Shown piece by piece: positions 1-9,695 of a stretch of DNA of 64,000 nt. The stretch comes from Nitrosopumilus sp. (GTDB lineage: Archaea; Thermoproteota; Nitrososphaeria; Nitrososphaerales; Nitrosopumilaceae): the NCBI GenBank assembly GCA_963662625.1, contig OY759726.1, forward strand, positions 1,344,001-1,408,000, in the 5' to 3' direction. The translations under genes and the position numbers were made by a program. The notes under the pieces are model-generated. The model had not been told where the DNA came from, made no database searches, and was given only the letters and a program-made list of their open reading frames with translations. Position 1 is the stretch's first letter. The number at the start of each line of letters is the position of its first letter.

Positions 1-46
1 CGCGTCCGTGCCTAATGGTTAATAGCCAGAAAGGGGTACACATGCC

Positions 47-151
47 ATGAATACGGCGCCAATCTGGCATCACAGGACGATGTGCTCTGACTGCAGGAGG
101 ATGAGGTGCTCGAAAGGCTGCAACTGCGACTGCCACTGGGGCCCGCGCTGA
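47..151 (+). CDS. putative Cys-rich micro-protein (metallothionein-like)
   Basis: Hand translation: MNTAPIWHHRTMCSDCRRMRCSKGCNCDCHWGPR*. Alternative ATG at 80. Six Cys in 18 residues. Below the ORF-track cutoff. Confidence 0.4.
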   Translation: MNTAPIWHHRTMCSDCRRMRCSKGCNCDCHWGPR

Positions 152-196
152 ACGCAGCAGCCAAAACCCTTATTCGGCCTCCCGCGGTGGGCCTGC

Positions 197-310
197 ATGG
201 AAAAGAAGAACAAGGCGTACGCGACCGACGACCCGACTGAAGCCTCCGCAGAAGAGCAGGAGGACATGGCACGGGAGGCGGTGAGGAAGTTCAAGTCGCT
301 TGGCGGGTGA
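197..310 (+). CDS. small hypothetical protein (37 aa)
   Basis: MEKKNKAYATDDPTEASAEEQEDMAREAVRKFKSLGG*. AT-rich TATA-like element (aaaacccttatt) about 30 nt upstream; host-like codon usage. Confidence 0.5.
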   Translation: MEKKNKAYATDDPTEASAEEQEDMAREAVRKFKSLGG

Positions 311-400
311 CGCGCCCTGCCCGCGGGGCGGGTTGCCGGATCCGCCCGGCCCGGGCGGGCAAACTAAACTTTCATTAGATGCGGCGGCGTGCCGTAACCC

Positions 401-1222
401 ATGGGGCTGTTCGGCGCAAGGCAGGATCCTGAGGACCTGATGCACGACGCGATGTCGCTGATGGGGAGGAACCAGCCGAAGGGCGCCATATCGCTGTTCA
501 ACAAGGTCCTGAAGCAGCAGCCTGAAAACGCCCAGGCGCTTTACAGCAAGGGCCTCGCGCTGAACCGGATAAAGAAGTACAGCGACGCGGTGACGTGCTT
601 TGATAGGCTGCTCGAGATCGACCCGAGGGACGCGAGGGCACTCAACAACAAGGGGATCGCGATGGCGGAGATGAAGAACGTCCAGGCCGCGTACGAGTGC
701 TACGACCTGGCAATCGAGGCCGACCCGCGGCACGCCCCGTCCTACTTCAACAAGGGGGTGCTGCTGGACAAGCTGCAGGATCACCAGGAGGCGATAGAGG
801 CGCTGAACAAGGCGATCAGCATAGATCCGGGGAAGCCAAACGCGCTGTTCTACAAGGGGATAGTGCTGGGCAAGACGGGCAGGCACGAGGAGGCCCTGAA
901 CTGCTTTGAGCAGGTGTGCAGGAGGCACCCGTCGCACCTCGACGCGATGTTCCACAAGGGGATCGAGCTGGCGGAGCTTGGCAGGCACGAGAAGGCCGTG
1001 GGCATATTCGACCGGATCCTGGCAAGGCACAGGGACAACGTGAACGTCACCTACGCAAAGTCCAGGAGCAAGGCGGCGCTCGGCGAGTATCCCGAGTCGC
1101 TGGAGCTGCTGGGGGCCGCCGTGGCAAAGAACCCCAAGGCCATAAGGGAGTGGGCAAAGCAGGAGAAGATCTTCGAGAAGCTGCACGGCAGCGACCAGTT
1201 CAGAAGGCTGGTGAAGATGTGA
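401..1222 (+). CDS. tetratricopeptide repeat protein
   Basis: Repeated 34-aa TPR units (ALYSKGLAL, ALNNKGIAM, SYFNKGVLL, ALFYKGIVL). Confidence 0.9.
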   Translation: MGLFGARQDPEDLMHDAMSLMGRNQPKGAISLFNKVLKQQPENAQALYSKGLALNRIKKYSDAVTCFDRLLEIDPRDARALNNKGIAMAEMKNVQAAYECYDLAIEADPRHAPSYFNKGVLLDKLQDHQEAIEALNKAISIDPGKPNALFYKGIVLGKTGRHEEALNCFEQVCRRHPSHLDAMFHKGIELAELGRHEKAVGIFDRILARHRDNVNVTYAKSRSKAALGEYPESLELLGAAVAKNPKAIREWAKQEKIFEKLHGSDQFRRLVKM

Positions 1223-1249
1223 CGCGCAGGGCCCCGCCCGCGCCGCGCC

Positions 1250-1954
1250 TCAGAGGATCTTGTTGCGGACGGCGTCGAGCCGCATCTTGCCTGCCTTCCT
1301 CTTCGGCCCCGCCAGCACCGCCTCGAACACCGGGACGTACAGCTCGGTGACCTCCCGCAGGGAGAACTTTTCGCTGACGTCCCTGGCCCCCGGATCCGGC
1401 CGCAGCTTTATGGCGTCCAGGAGCTTGGCGGCGGCCTCGTCGGGGGTTATCTCGTGCCGCCTCACCTTGGACTCGTTTCTTGAGAGCAGCGCCTTCGGCC
1501 GGTGCTCCACGTCCTCGGATCCCATGTCGAACGGGATCTTGATCGCCCGGCCGTGGTGGTCAAACGCCATCCTGTCCTCCCTCCGCACGAACACGTGCTC
1601 TTCCAGCGGCAGGTCGATCTTGTTCTTGCCTCGCCTCACGGCGAACGTCTTCTCCAGGCGCGACTTTGTCCTCGCCTGGAACACGTCGTCACCGAAGACG
1701 ACCTCCATCACGTCGGAGTCGACGGAGATCACGTGGGTGGCGCTCCTGTAATAGTCCGCATAGTACCTGCCGGACACCACCAGGATAGGCTCGTAGTACA
1801 GGTCCATGGAATGGACGTGCACGTCCTTCTTCTTCGGCTTCGCCAGGAACGAGCGGAAGGCCTTGGCCTTGTTGGCCTCCACCGCCTCCCGCGCGGCAGC
1901 CTCGTCTACCCGCTTCCTCAGCACCGCGATCTTGCAGTCACGCTTGTCTGCCAA
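1250..1954 (-). CDS. conserved hypothetical protein
   Basis: 234-aa ORF with natural composition and a TTG start after an AT-rich promoter region. Confidence 0.7.
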   Translation of the reverse strand: MADKRDCKIAVLRKRVDEAAAREAVEANKAKAFRSFLAKPKKKDVHVHSMDLYYEPILVVSGRYYADYYRSATHVISVDSDVMEVVFGDDVFQARTKSRLEKTFAVRRGKNKIDLPLEEHVFVRREDRMAFDHHGRAIKIPFDMGSEDVEHRPKALLSRNESKVRRHEITPDEAAAKLLDAIKLRPDPGARDVSEKFSLREVTELYVPVFEAVLAGPKRKAGKMRLDAVRNKIL

Positions 1955-2111
1955 AGCACCACTACGGAATGGCGGTTCAGGTTATTAAAGCAATTGAATC
2001 CCCGGGCCCGCGCGGCGCCGGGGGCCGAGGGAGGCCCGCGCGGCGCCGGGGGCCGCGCGGCCGCGGCGCATTTGAAAAGCCTTATCTTGGAATGGCCCGC
2101 AGTTACATGCA

Positions 2112-2729
2112 ATGAACAAGAGATTCACGATAGTGGCAGCGGCCGGCATCATGGTGGCCGCCTCGGCGGGGTTCGCGCTTGCCGGCGGCGGGCAGCCGGG
2201 CGACGGCCTCCCGTTCACGTACAGAGCGGCAAACGAGGACCTGCAGCTCCTGCTGGTGGGATCCGACATCCACATGTCCTCCCCGCTGAAGCTGAACGGG
2301 TTCTCGATCGCCAAGTACTGCACCTTCTTTTCGGACAGGGCGATACAGGACTCCATAGAGTACTGCACGTCGACCGAGCTCCTGGACTCCAAAGGCGGCT
2401 TTCTCGGGAACATCCAGATGGTGGGATCCAACAGGGCGCCGGAGTACGTGATCGCGGCGATCCAGGTGGATCCCGCCGCGTCACAGTCGGGCGACCTGAA
2501 GACCGTGATCGGCACCATGGTGGACACCCTGGTCTGCGCCTGCTGGGAGGACAGGTCACCCGGGGGCTTTGCCACCGTGTCTGACTGGGTGGACGCGGCG
2601 CAGGAGCACCACGCGAGCGCCGCCCAAGGCACGAGCAAGTCCGAGATCTCCGGCCTGGCAGACAGGGATCTGCTGCTGGAGGTCACCACGAACCGGGACG
2701 GGCATCTCTGGAAGTTCGTGATAAGCTAG
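2112..2729 (+). CDS. secreted or membrane-anchored hypothetical protein
   Basis: N-terminal hydrophobic signal sequence and paired Cys residues. Confidence 0.75.
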   Translation: MNKRFTIVAAAGIMVAASAGFALAGGGQPGDGLPFTYRAANEDLQLLLVGSDIHMSSPLKLNGFSIAKYCTFFSDRAIQDSIEYCTSTELLDSKGGFLGNIQMVGSNRAPEYVIAAIQVDPAASQSGDLKTVIGTMVDTLVCACWEDRSPGGFATVSDWVDAAQEHHASAAQGTSKSEISGLADRDLLLEVTTNRDGHLWKFVIS

Positions 2730-2753
2730 CGTGGTCTGGGCGGCAGTGATGGC

Positions 2754-3527
2754 ATGATCGAACAACTATGGCTAATCCCGCTAGGGTTCGCGGCGGGCGT
2801 GCTCGGCTCCATGATAGGGCTGGGCGGCGGGGTCATAATGGTCCCGGTCCTGACGTTCGCGGGGTTCCCCCCGACGCTTGCGGCAAGCAACAGCCTGCTC
2901 GCGTCGCTGAGCAGCTCCGTATCTGCGACCGTGGCGTACTCCAGGATCAAGCGCGTCGACTTTTCGCTGGGCACAAGGCTCGGGCTGCTGAGCGTCCCGG
3001 GGACGATCCTCGGCGCGGTGGTGTCGACCGACGTGAACATGGCGGCGTTCAAGATACTGTTCGGCCTGGTGCTGGTCGCCGCCACCGCCTACATCTTCCT
3101 GGGAAAGCGGCCCGCTGGAGGGGATGCCAAGACCTCGGTGCAGATGGCCGTCTTCGCGGCGGGGGCGAGCTTCTTTGCAGGGATGATATCGTCGTTCTTC
3201 GGGATAGGGGGCGGGATCGTGTTCGTCCCAATGATGGTGGCGGCGATGGGGCTGTCGGCCAAGAGGGCCGCGCCCACGTCGCAACTGATCCTGATATTCA
3301 CGTCGTCCTCGGGCGTGATATCGCACACCCTCCTCGGCCACCCTGACTTCCTGCAGGCGGGCCTGCTGGCGTCCGGCTCGTTCTTCGGCGGGCTGGCGGG
3401 GGTGAGGCTGTCGCTGCAGGTGAAGGAGAGGTTCCTGCAGGTCATGGCGTCCAGCGTCATACTGGCGGTCGCCGCGAAGATGTTCTACGACTCCGTGGTG
3501 TCGCTCTCCGCCGTGCCCGACCCGTGA
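2754..3527 (+). CDS. sulfite exporter TauE/SafE family membrane protein
   Basis: Duplicated G(L/I)GGG(V/I)xxVP motif and about 8 TM segments. Confidence 0.9.
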   Translation: MIEQLWLIPLGFAAGVLGSMIGLGGGVIMVPVLTFAGFPPTLAASNSLLASLSSSVSATVAYSRIKRVDFSLGTRLGLLSVPGTILGAVVSTDVNMAAFKILFGLVLVAATAYIFLGKRPAGGDAKTSVQMAVFAAGASFFAGMISSFFGIGGGIVFVPMMVAAMGLSAKRAAPTSQLILIFTSSSGVISHTLLGHPDFLQAGLLASGSFFGGLAGVRLSLQVKERFLQVMASSVILAVAAKMFYDSVVSLSAVPDP

Positions 3528-3538
3528 CGTCCCGGGGC

Positions 3539-4030
3539 TCAGATCGAGATTATCTCCAGCCTGGAGTCGCCGGTGACGCCGAACGTCTCGACGAAGCCGG
3601 ACGTGACCTCGAGGATGTACATGGCGTCCCCCCCGGGCACGACGCTCTGGCACGTGACGGTCTCCAGCGCCGTCTTGCACGGCTGGACGTCCTGCTCTAT
3701 GTGGACCACGCGGCCGTCGGCGTCAAACCAGATCATGTCAAGCGGGAACTGCATGTTCAGCATCCACAGCGAGTATGGCCCGGGCCGGTCGAAGACGAAT
3801 ATCATCCCCTGGTCGTACGGGAGCTGGTCCTGGAACATCAGGCCCCTGACGCGCCGCGGCTCCGTGTCGGCTATCTGCACCTCCAGGGCGGTGCCGTCCA
3901 CCATGACCGTCCCCCGCGGGAACTCGACCGACTCCAGCTTTATGTCGCTCGGGATCGACAGGATCCCGGCCACCCCAACTATGACCGCCGCCGCCGCGAT
4001 GGGGATGAGAACCTGGGCCCTGGTGGTCAT
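3539..4030 (-). CDS. DUF192 domain protein
   Basis: IADT..R.RGLM, GMIFVF, WMLNMQFPLDMIW and YILEV motifs. Confidence 0.9.
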   Translation of the reverse strand: MTTRAQVLIPIAAAAVIVGVAGILSIPSDIKLESVEFPRGTVMVDGTALEVQIADTEPRRVRGLMFQDQLPYDQGMIFVFDRPGPYSLWMLNMQFPLDMIWFDADGRVVHIEQDVQPCKTALETVTCQSVVPGGDAMYILEVTSGFVETFGVTGDSRLEIISI

Positions 4031-4069
4031 ACGGTGTGGTCAGTCCGTCTCCCTTTAAAAGCTAGGGCG

Positions 4070-4420
4070 TCAGAACACGGACCTCTTAAAGTCGCTGATC
4101 GAGGACATGGTGTTCCTGGTCTCGTGCGCGACGTCGTGTATGGTGGAGCCGTTGTACTTCCTGTCAAGGTACCTGCCGGCCACGATCATGGGGCCGCCTA
4201 TGGCGCATGTCACGCCCGTGGGCTCGGGGACCCACAGCATGATGAACCCTATCTTCTGGAGCTTCTTCCCGGGGGCGGGGGCCTTTTTCAGCGCGTTCAG
4301 GGAGCCGGACGTGCCGCCCCCGTCGATCTTCGCGATGTCGTTGTAGAGGCCCGCCCTCCTCCTCGCGGAGTCGGACATCCTGCGCAGCCTGTCCAGCCTG
4401 GTCTTCAGCGCGTCTGCCAT
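4070..4420 (-). CDS. hypothetical protein
   Basis: 116-aa ORF with a hydrophobic VPEPTGVTCAIG core. Confidence 0.65.
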   Translation of the reverse strand: MADALKTRLDRLRRMSDSARRRAGLYNDIAKIDGGGTSGSLNALKKAPAPGKKLQKIGFIMLWVPEPTGVTCAIGGPMIVAGRYLDRKYNGSTIHDVAHETRNTMSSISDFKRSVF

Positions 4421-4528
4421 AGCACCGTGGGATCGCAGGGAAGATAGTTAAAATTCAATGATCAACAACGGTCACTCCAGAGTCAACAAAGAGTAACAAC
4501 CGCCGGGGCTGGTTCACTAGTTATTTAT

Positions 4529-5017
4529 GTGAATGGCGCCATACAGAGGCAGTTGAAGAGCGATGGCACGAAGAGGCTGGACTCCATCAAGGCCGCGCAC
4601 GAGTCGGAAAAGTCCAGGCACAGCACCCGGATGGAGGACTACCTGGAGATAATCTCGGAGCTCGTGGAGCAGAAGGGGTACGCCACCAGCCTGGACATCT
4701 CGAGGTACATGAACGTCAGCGCGCCGAGCGTGACGAAGATGCTCAAGAGGCTCGACGAGAGCGGGTTCCTGGAGTATGAAAAGTACCACGGCATCAACCT
4801 GACCAGGAAGGGGTCGCAGGTGGCCGAGGGCATCAGGCAGAAGCACGGCATCCTGCTGGAGTTCTTCGAGATACTGGGGGTGGGCTACGAGACGGCGAAC
4901 CGCGACATAGAGGGGATAGAGCACCACCTCGACCCCAAGTCGATAAGGCAGCTCAGGAAGTTCATCACGTTCCTGAAGTCAAACCCGAAGATCCTCGCCG
5001 ACTTTAAGAATCTCTGA
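4529..5017 (+). CDS. DtxR/MntR family metal-dependent transcriptional regulator
   Basis: MEDYLEII, VSAPSVTKMLKRL HTH and EGIEHH metal site. Confidence 0.92.
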   Translation: MNGAIQRQLKSDGTKRLDSIKAAHESEKSRHSTRMEDYLEIISELVEQKGYATSLDISRYMNVSAPSVTKMLKRLDESGFLEYEKYHGINLTRKGSQVAEGIRQKHGILLEFFEILGVGYETANRDIEGIEHHLDPKSIRQLRKFITFLKSNPKILADFKNL

Positions 5018-6818
5018 GCGCCACCCGTATGTCGCCCTGGGAGCCGGCCATGCCGGCCAGGCTCCTCGCCGCCTCTGAGCGCTTCGGGATCTTTATCTGG
5101 CCCCTCCGGCCCACCCGGGCGGTCGTGACGTGCCTGCCGTCGGCGTAGACGTCGGCGTACGTCATGGCGTATTCCCTGCCCACGGTGAGCAGCAGCGCGG
5201 CCCTCGACTCGGAGAACGTGAACGGCAGGTCGCCGGACTCCTGGCCGTCGGGCTCGCGCGCCACCACGTCCAGGTGGACCTTGAGGATCTTTTCGAGGTC
5301 CGCTATGTTGGAGCCGCCCCTCCCGATCACCAGCGGGACGTGCTGCCTGCCCACAGTCACCCTGACCCTGTCCTGCGAGAGGACCTCGGCCTCCGCGCGC
5401 GGGTCGTACCGCCTGAACGTGTCGAGGATCTTGTCCTCGGCCAGCTTCTCGACGCCCGTCTTCCCGGCGCGCCCCGACACCGGCACTATGACGTTCTCCT
5501 CGCCAAACGTGTAGATCTCGTGCTCCAGCGCGTTGTCCCCGAAGTTCCTCACCTCGATCACGGGCCGGGCCAGGTCCGACTCGGTCATGCCGGTGGGCAC
5601 CTTCACGGTAAGCTTCAGGTCGTAGACCTTGCCTATGCGGCCGTCCTTCACGAAGACCACGGTGTCGACCACGCTCGGGATCATGCCTAGCTCGATCTTC
5701 CCGATGAACCGCTGGATCGCGTCCAGGGGGGTGCTGGCGTGCACGACTCCGACCATCCCCACGCCGGCGAGCCTCAGGTCGGAGAACGTCTGAAAGTCCT
5801 CGCGCCTCCTCACCTCGTCGAACACCGTATAGTCGGGGCGGACGAGCAGCAGGATGTCGGCGGTGTTCTCGAAGCTGCCGGCGAGCTTAGTGTACTGGGT
5901 GATCCCAGGCTCGACCTGCAGGTCCCGCGGGGACTCGAAGGTCTTGACGATCCTCCCCATGCCGTGGTAGAAGTTCGCCAGCCCTGACGCCAGCGTGCTC
6001 TTGCCCGATCCAGGGGCCCCGGATATCAGGACGCCCTGCGCGCTGTCCGAGAACCTGGCCATGAGGCCGTCGGAGATGTCGTAGTCGTCAAGGGAGAGCC
6101 TCGCGATCGGGTGCACTATGGTGATCTCGAACCCGTCGGAGAACGGGGGCCTGGTCATCGCGATCCTGTAGTCCTCGTACTGCACCACGGACGCGCCGGT
6201 CCCGGCCAGCTCGACCGTGTCGGAGTCGGACAGCTTGGTGGCCTCGAGGATCTGCGAGGACATTGACTCGAGGCTTCGCAGGGACATGGGCTCGTCGGCC
6301 AGCTTGGCCAGGACGAACGAGCCGGGCCTGCCCCTCTTCGCCATGGGGGGGAGCCCCTCCTTGAGGTGGACGCTCATCGTGTCCGGGCCGAAGAACTTCA
6401 GGAACTCGAGGTCCCCGCCGGCTGGCCTGGACGTGAGCAGCACGGACTCGATCCCCTCGGCCTGCGCGGCCAGGTGCTGGGCCCTGTCAGAGGTGTAGAG
6501 AGCCGCCTGGTTCTGCCTCGCGACGTCGGCTATGATGGAGTCGATCCTGCCCCTTGACGCCAGGCGTATGTCGTCGGGCGTGGGGCGGCTCCCCTTCACG
6601 GACACCGTAAGGTTGAACTCGCGCGCGATATCGTGCAGCCTCTTCACCTCCTCGAGCCCGGCGAACCCCTGCCCCTTCTTCTGGGACGCCTGCGACTGCA
6701 GCTCGTCGAGCACCGCCTGCGGCAGGATCACCTCCGAGTCCCTCATGCCGCCGGACTCTACGTGGGATATCAGCCGCCCGTTGATGATCGCGCTGGTGTC
6801 CACTACAACTCTTGGCAA
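5004..6818 (-). CDS. PIN-domain/KH ATPase (PINA, archaeal Holliday-junction branch-migration ATPase family)
   Basis: N-terminal PIN (VVDTSAII), Walker A GAPGSGKST, FDEVR and C-terminal KH (VIGRGGSNI). Confidence 0.9.
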   Translation of the reverse strand: MPRVVVDTSAIINGRLISHVESGGMRDSEVILPQAVLDELQSQASQKKGQGFAGLEEVKRLHDIAREFNLTVSVKGSRPTPDDIRLASRGRIDSIIADVARQNQAALYTSDRAQHLAAQAEGIESVLLTSRPAGGDLEFLKFFGPDTMSVHLKEGLPPMAKRGRPGSFVLAKLADEPMSLRSLESMSSQILEATKLSDSDTVELAGTGASVVQYEDYRIAMTRPPFSDGFEITIVHPIARLSLDDYDISDGLMARFSDSAQGVLISGAPGSGKSTLASGLANFYHGMGRIVKTFESPRDLQVEPGITQYTKLAGSFENTADILLLVRPDYTVFDEVRRREDFQTFSDLRLAGVGMVGVVHASTPLDAIQRFIGKIELGMIPSVVDTVVFVKDGRIGKVYDLKLTVKVPTGMTESDLARPVIEVRNFGDNALEHEIYTFGEENVIVPVSGRAGKTGVEKLAEDKILDTFRRYDPRAEAEVLSQDRVRVTVGRQHVPLVIGRGGSNIADLEKILKVHLDVVAREPDGQESGDLPFTFSESRAALLLTVGREYAMTYADVYADGRHVTTARVGRRGQIKIPKRSEAARSLAGMAGSQGDIRVALRDS

Positions 6819-6971
6819 ATCGTTTCCGCTTGTATGGGTACCCGGGGATTAAATTACCTTTGCCAGCCGGCGCCACGGGGCCCGCGACCCGGAGGGGATT
6901 AAAGAAAACAGACAATCTGAACTAAAATCACTCACAATGCCTGAAAAATCGGCCCCCGTGGCAAAAAAACC

Positions 6972-7109
6972 ATGGAAAAGCCGGGGAAAAACGGGGAGTT
7001 TTACGGCAACTGCGCCGCCTACTTTGAATCGCTGAGGAAGAGGGGAGAGTCGGACTATGAGTTCGAGGACGAGTACTACTTTACGATGCCCGCCATATCC
7101 AGCCGCTGA
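6972..7109 (+). CDS. small hypothetical protein (45 aa)
   Basis: MEKPGKNGEFYGNCAAYFESLRKRGESDYEFEDEYYFTMPAISSR*. Fills the gap before tldD. Confidence 0.55.
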   Translation: MEKPGKNGEFYGNCAAYFESLRKRGESDYEFEDEYYFTMPAISSR

Positions 7110-7145
7110 AGCGCAAGATTTAGGAGACGCCGGCGCCCCCTACGT

Positions 7146-8570
7146 GTGATGGACCAGCAACTGCAGGAGCTCGCCGAGGCGGCTGTCAGGCACGCCGCGG
7201 ACAGGGGGGTGCAGTACTGCGACGCCAGGGCGGAGCAGCGCGCCTCGGAGTCGGCGCTGGTCGAGGACGGCCGGGTGGAGCACGTCAGGGCCGCCAGGGA
7301 CAGCGGGATCGGGATCCGCCTGCTGCACGGCGGGGCGTGGGGGTTCTGCTCGGTCGCGGCCCCGGCGTCGTTCGGGCAGGTGTCCGAGCGGCTGGACGCG
7401 GCGATCAGTGACACCATGCACTATTCCCGCGGCAAGAGGGACCCGGTCAGGCTCGCCCCGGCCCCGGCGCGCCGGGCCAGGGAGGCGTTTCCCGTGGCGT
7501 CAAGGCCGGACATGCACGAGCTGGTGCGCATCGCGCTTGACTGCGACGGGATGATCAGGGAGGGGAGGGACGTCTCAAAGTCGTCCGTGAGCCCCGCGTA
7601 CTCCGTCTCGTCGAAGTACTTTGCGAGTTCCGAGGGGGGATCCGTCCTGCAGGAGTTCACCGACGTGGTGGTCCACATGGCGGCCACGGCGCGCGGCCAC
7701 GGGGTGGCCCAGTCGGTGGACGCCACGGAGGGCGGGCGCGGCGGCACCGAGCGGGTCACAGGCGGGGACGCCGTGTACGAGTCGGCGCGCCGCGTAGCCG
7801 GGAAGGCCTCCGGGCTCCTGCGCGCGCGCCGGGCCGAGGAGGGGAAGGCCACGGTGGTGATGGATCCGGACTTTGTGGCGCTGCTGACGCACGAGATCCT
7901 CGGGCACCCGTCGGAGGCAGACAGGGTGCTCGGGAGGGAGATGGCGTGGGCGGGGGGCGCCTGGTGGGGCGGCATGCTGGGGCAGAGGATCGGCTCGGAC
8001 AGCCTCAGCGTCTTTGACGACCCCACGCTGGAGGGCAGCCTCGGCTGGTACCGCTTTGACGACGAGGGGGTGGACGCGGAGAGGACGGTGCTGGTGGAGG
8101 ACGGGATCCTGAAGGGCCACATGCAGAGCAGGGAGACTGCCGGGATCTTCGGCGCCGCCCCGACGGGGAACATGCGGGCGTCGGGGTACGGGGCGATGCC
8201 CCTGATCCGGATGGCCTGCACGTGCATAGGGGCAGGCGACTATGGCCCAGACGAGATCGTGCGCGGGGTGAGCGACGGGTACCTGATATCCGGCATGAAG
8301 GTACCGTCGATCGACATGAACAGGCACAACTGGAGCATATCGTGCCAGTACGCGCAGAGGATCATGGGCGGGGAGCCGGGCGACCTGCACAGGGACGTCA
8401 TAGTGACGGGGACGGCCCGGGACTTTTTCGACTCCATCGACGCGTGCGGCGACGATTTCGCCGTGAGGCCGATCACCAACTGCGGGAAGGGGGACCCAAT
8501 GCAGCAGATGGCGATGGGCAACGGAGGGCCCACGGTCCGCGGGCGGGCCACGGTCAGGAGCCTGGGATGA
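7146..8570 (+). CDS. tldD: TldD/PmbA family metalloprotease
   Basis: HEILGHPSEAD zinc motif, FDDEGV and C-terminal CGKG motif. Confidence 0.9.
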   Translation: MMDQQLQELAEAAVRHAADRGVQYCDARAEQRASESALVEDGRVEHVRAARDSGIGIRLLHGGAWGFCSVAAPASFGQVSERLDAAISDTMHYSRGKRDPVRLAPAPARRAREAFPVASRPDMHELVRIALDCDGMIREGRDVSKSSVSPAYSVSSKYFASSEGGSVLQEFTDVVVHMAATARGHGVAQSVDATEGGRGGTERVTGGDAVYESARRVAGKASGLLRARRAEEGKATVVMDPDFVALLTHEILGHPSEADRVLGREMAWAGGAWWGGMLGQRIGSDSLSVFDDPTLEGSLGWYRFDDEGVDAERTVLVEDGILKGHMQSRETAGIFGAAPTGNMRASGYGAMPLIRMACTCIGAGDYGPDEIVRGVSDGYLISGMKVPSIDMNRHNWSISCQYAQRIMGGEPGDLHRDVIVTGTARDFFDSIDACGDDFAVRPITNCGKGDPMQQMAMGNGGPTVRGRATVRSLG

Positions 8571-9160
8571 CCGCCGGCCTGGAGCGCGTGAGGGGGCAGG
8601 TGGCCGCGTGCACAATGTGCCGCCTGTCGGAGACGAGGAAGAACGCGGTTCCCGGGGAGGGGAGCTTCCGCGCCGACGTGGTCTTCGTGGGCGAGGCGCC
8701 GGGCAGGAACGAGGACGCGCAGGGCAGGCCGTTCGTCGGGGCGGCGGGGAGGAACCTCTCCGAGGCCCTGAGGGACTCGGGCATGCGGAGGGAGGACGTG
8801 TACATCACGAACGTGGTGAAGTGCAGGCCGCCGGGCAACAGGATCCCCGGCTCCCGGGAGAGGGAGGCGTGCGCCGGGTACCTCCAGAGGGAGATCCGGA
8901 TAATAGACCCGAAGATAGTCTGCGTCATGGGAAACACGGCGTTCGGCTCCGTCCTGGGCGGGACCGGGATCACGGCGCACCGCGGCAAGATCATGAGGCG
9001 GGGCGGCAGGCTGTACTTCGTGACCGTGCACCCTGCGGCCGCGATCTACAGGAGGGAGCTGCTCGGCGTGCTAAAGTCTGACATCGGGAGGCTGTCCCGC
9101 GTGATCGCAGAACTAAAAGGCGGCAGGGGGGTGCGGGTGGACGTTGAGTGCCCTTCCTAG
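8567..9160 (+). CDS. udg: family 4 uracil-DNA glycosylase
   Basis: CxxC Fe-S ligands, GEAPG, GRPFVGAAG, NVVKCRPP and HPAA. The ATG overlaps the tldD stop (ATGA). Confidence 0.92.
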   Translation: MTAGLERVRGQVAACTMCRLSETRKNAVPGEGSFRADVVFVGEAPGRNEDAQGRPFVGAAGRNLSEALRDSGMRREDVYITNVVKCRPPGNRIPGSREREACAGYLQREIRIIDPKIVCVMGNTAFGSVLGGTGITAHRGKIMRRGGRLYFVTVHPAAAIYRRELLGVLKSDIGRLSRVIAELKGGRGVRVDVECPS

Positions 9161-9695
9161 GGAGTTTTACGGCAGGGACACCGTGGCGGTCGCCAGGGGG
9201 CTGCTGGGCAAGAGGATCGTGCGCAGGATAGGGCGGCGCGACGTCTCGGTCGTAATCACCGAGACCGAGGCGTACGGGCACAGGGACGACCCGGCGAGCC
9301 ACGCGTTCAGGAGCATGACCGAGAGGAACCGGGCGATGTTCGGCCAGGTCGGCATGGCGTACGTGTACTTTACGTACGGGATGCACTACTGCTTCAACGT
9401 GGTCGCGAGGGGCCCGGGGAGCCTGGCGGGCGCGGTGCTGATACGGGCCGCGAGGCCGGAATCCGGCGCCGACGTGATGGCAAGGAACAGGAAGAACTCC
9501 AGGAACATCTGCGACGGACCGGCCAGGCTGACGCAGGCGCTGGGAATCACCAAGGCCCAGTACGGGGCGGACCTCACGGAGCGCTCCGGGCTTTACATCG
9601 CGGAGGGGGACGGGCCCGGGAGGATCCTGGCGGGCCCCAGGGTCGGCATACGCCGGGCGACCGGGCTGCCGTGGAACTTCAGGGCGGTGGGCTAG
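9144..9695 (+). CDS. mpg: DNA-3-methyladenine glycosylase (AAG/MPG family)
   Basis: ETEAY, YVYFTYGMHYCFNV, AVLIRA, GPARLTQALGI and RVGI motifs. Confidence 0.93.
   Translation: MSALPREFYGRDTVAVARGLLGKRIVRRIGRRDVSVVITETEAYGHRDDPASHAFRSMTERNRAMFGQVGMAYVYFTYGMHYCFNVVARGPGSLAGAVLIRAARPESGADVMARNRKNSRNICDGPARLTQALGITKAQYGADLTERSGLYIAEGDGPGRILAGPRVGIRRATGLPWNFRAVG

Noticed and set aside
2001-2070. GC-rich intergenic inverted repeats (also about 10370-10430, 48420-48520, 50020-50110) as ncRNAs or a REP family
   Set aside because: Low-complexity GC sequence pairs by chance, and no shared consensus or tRNA/sRNA hallmark was recognisable.
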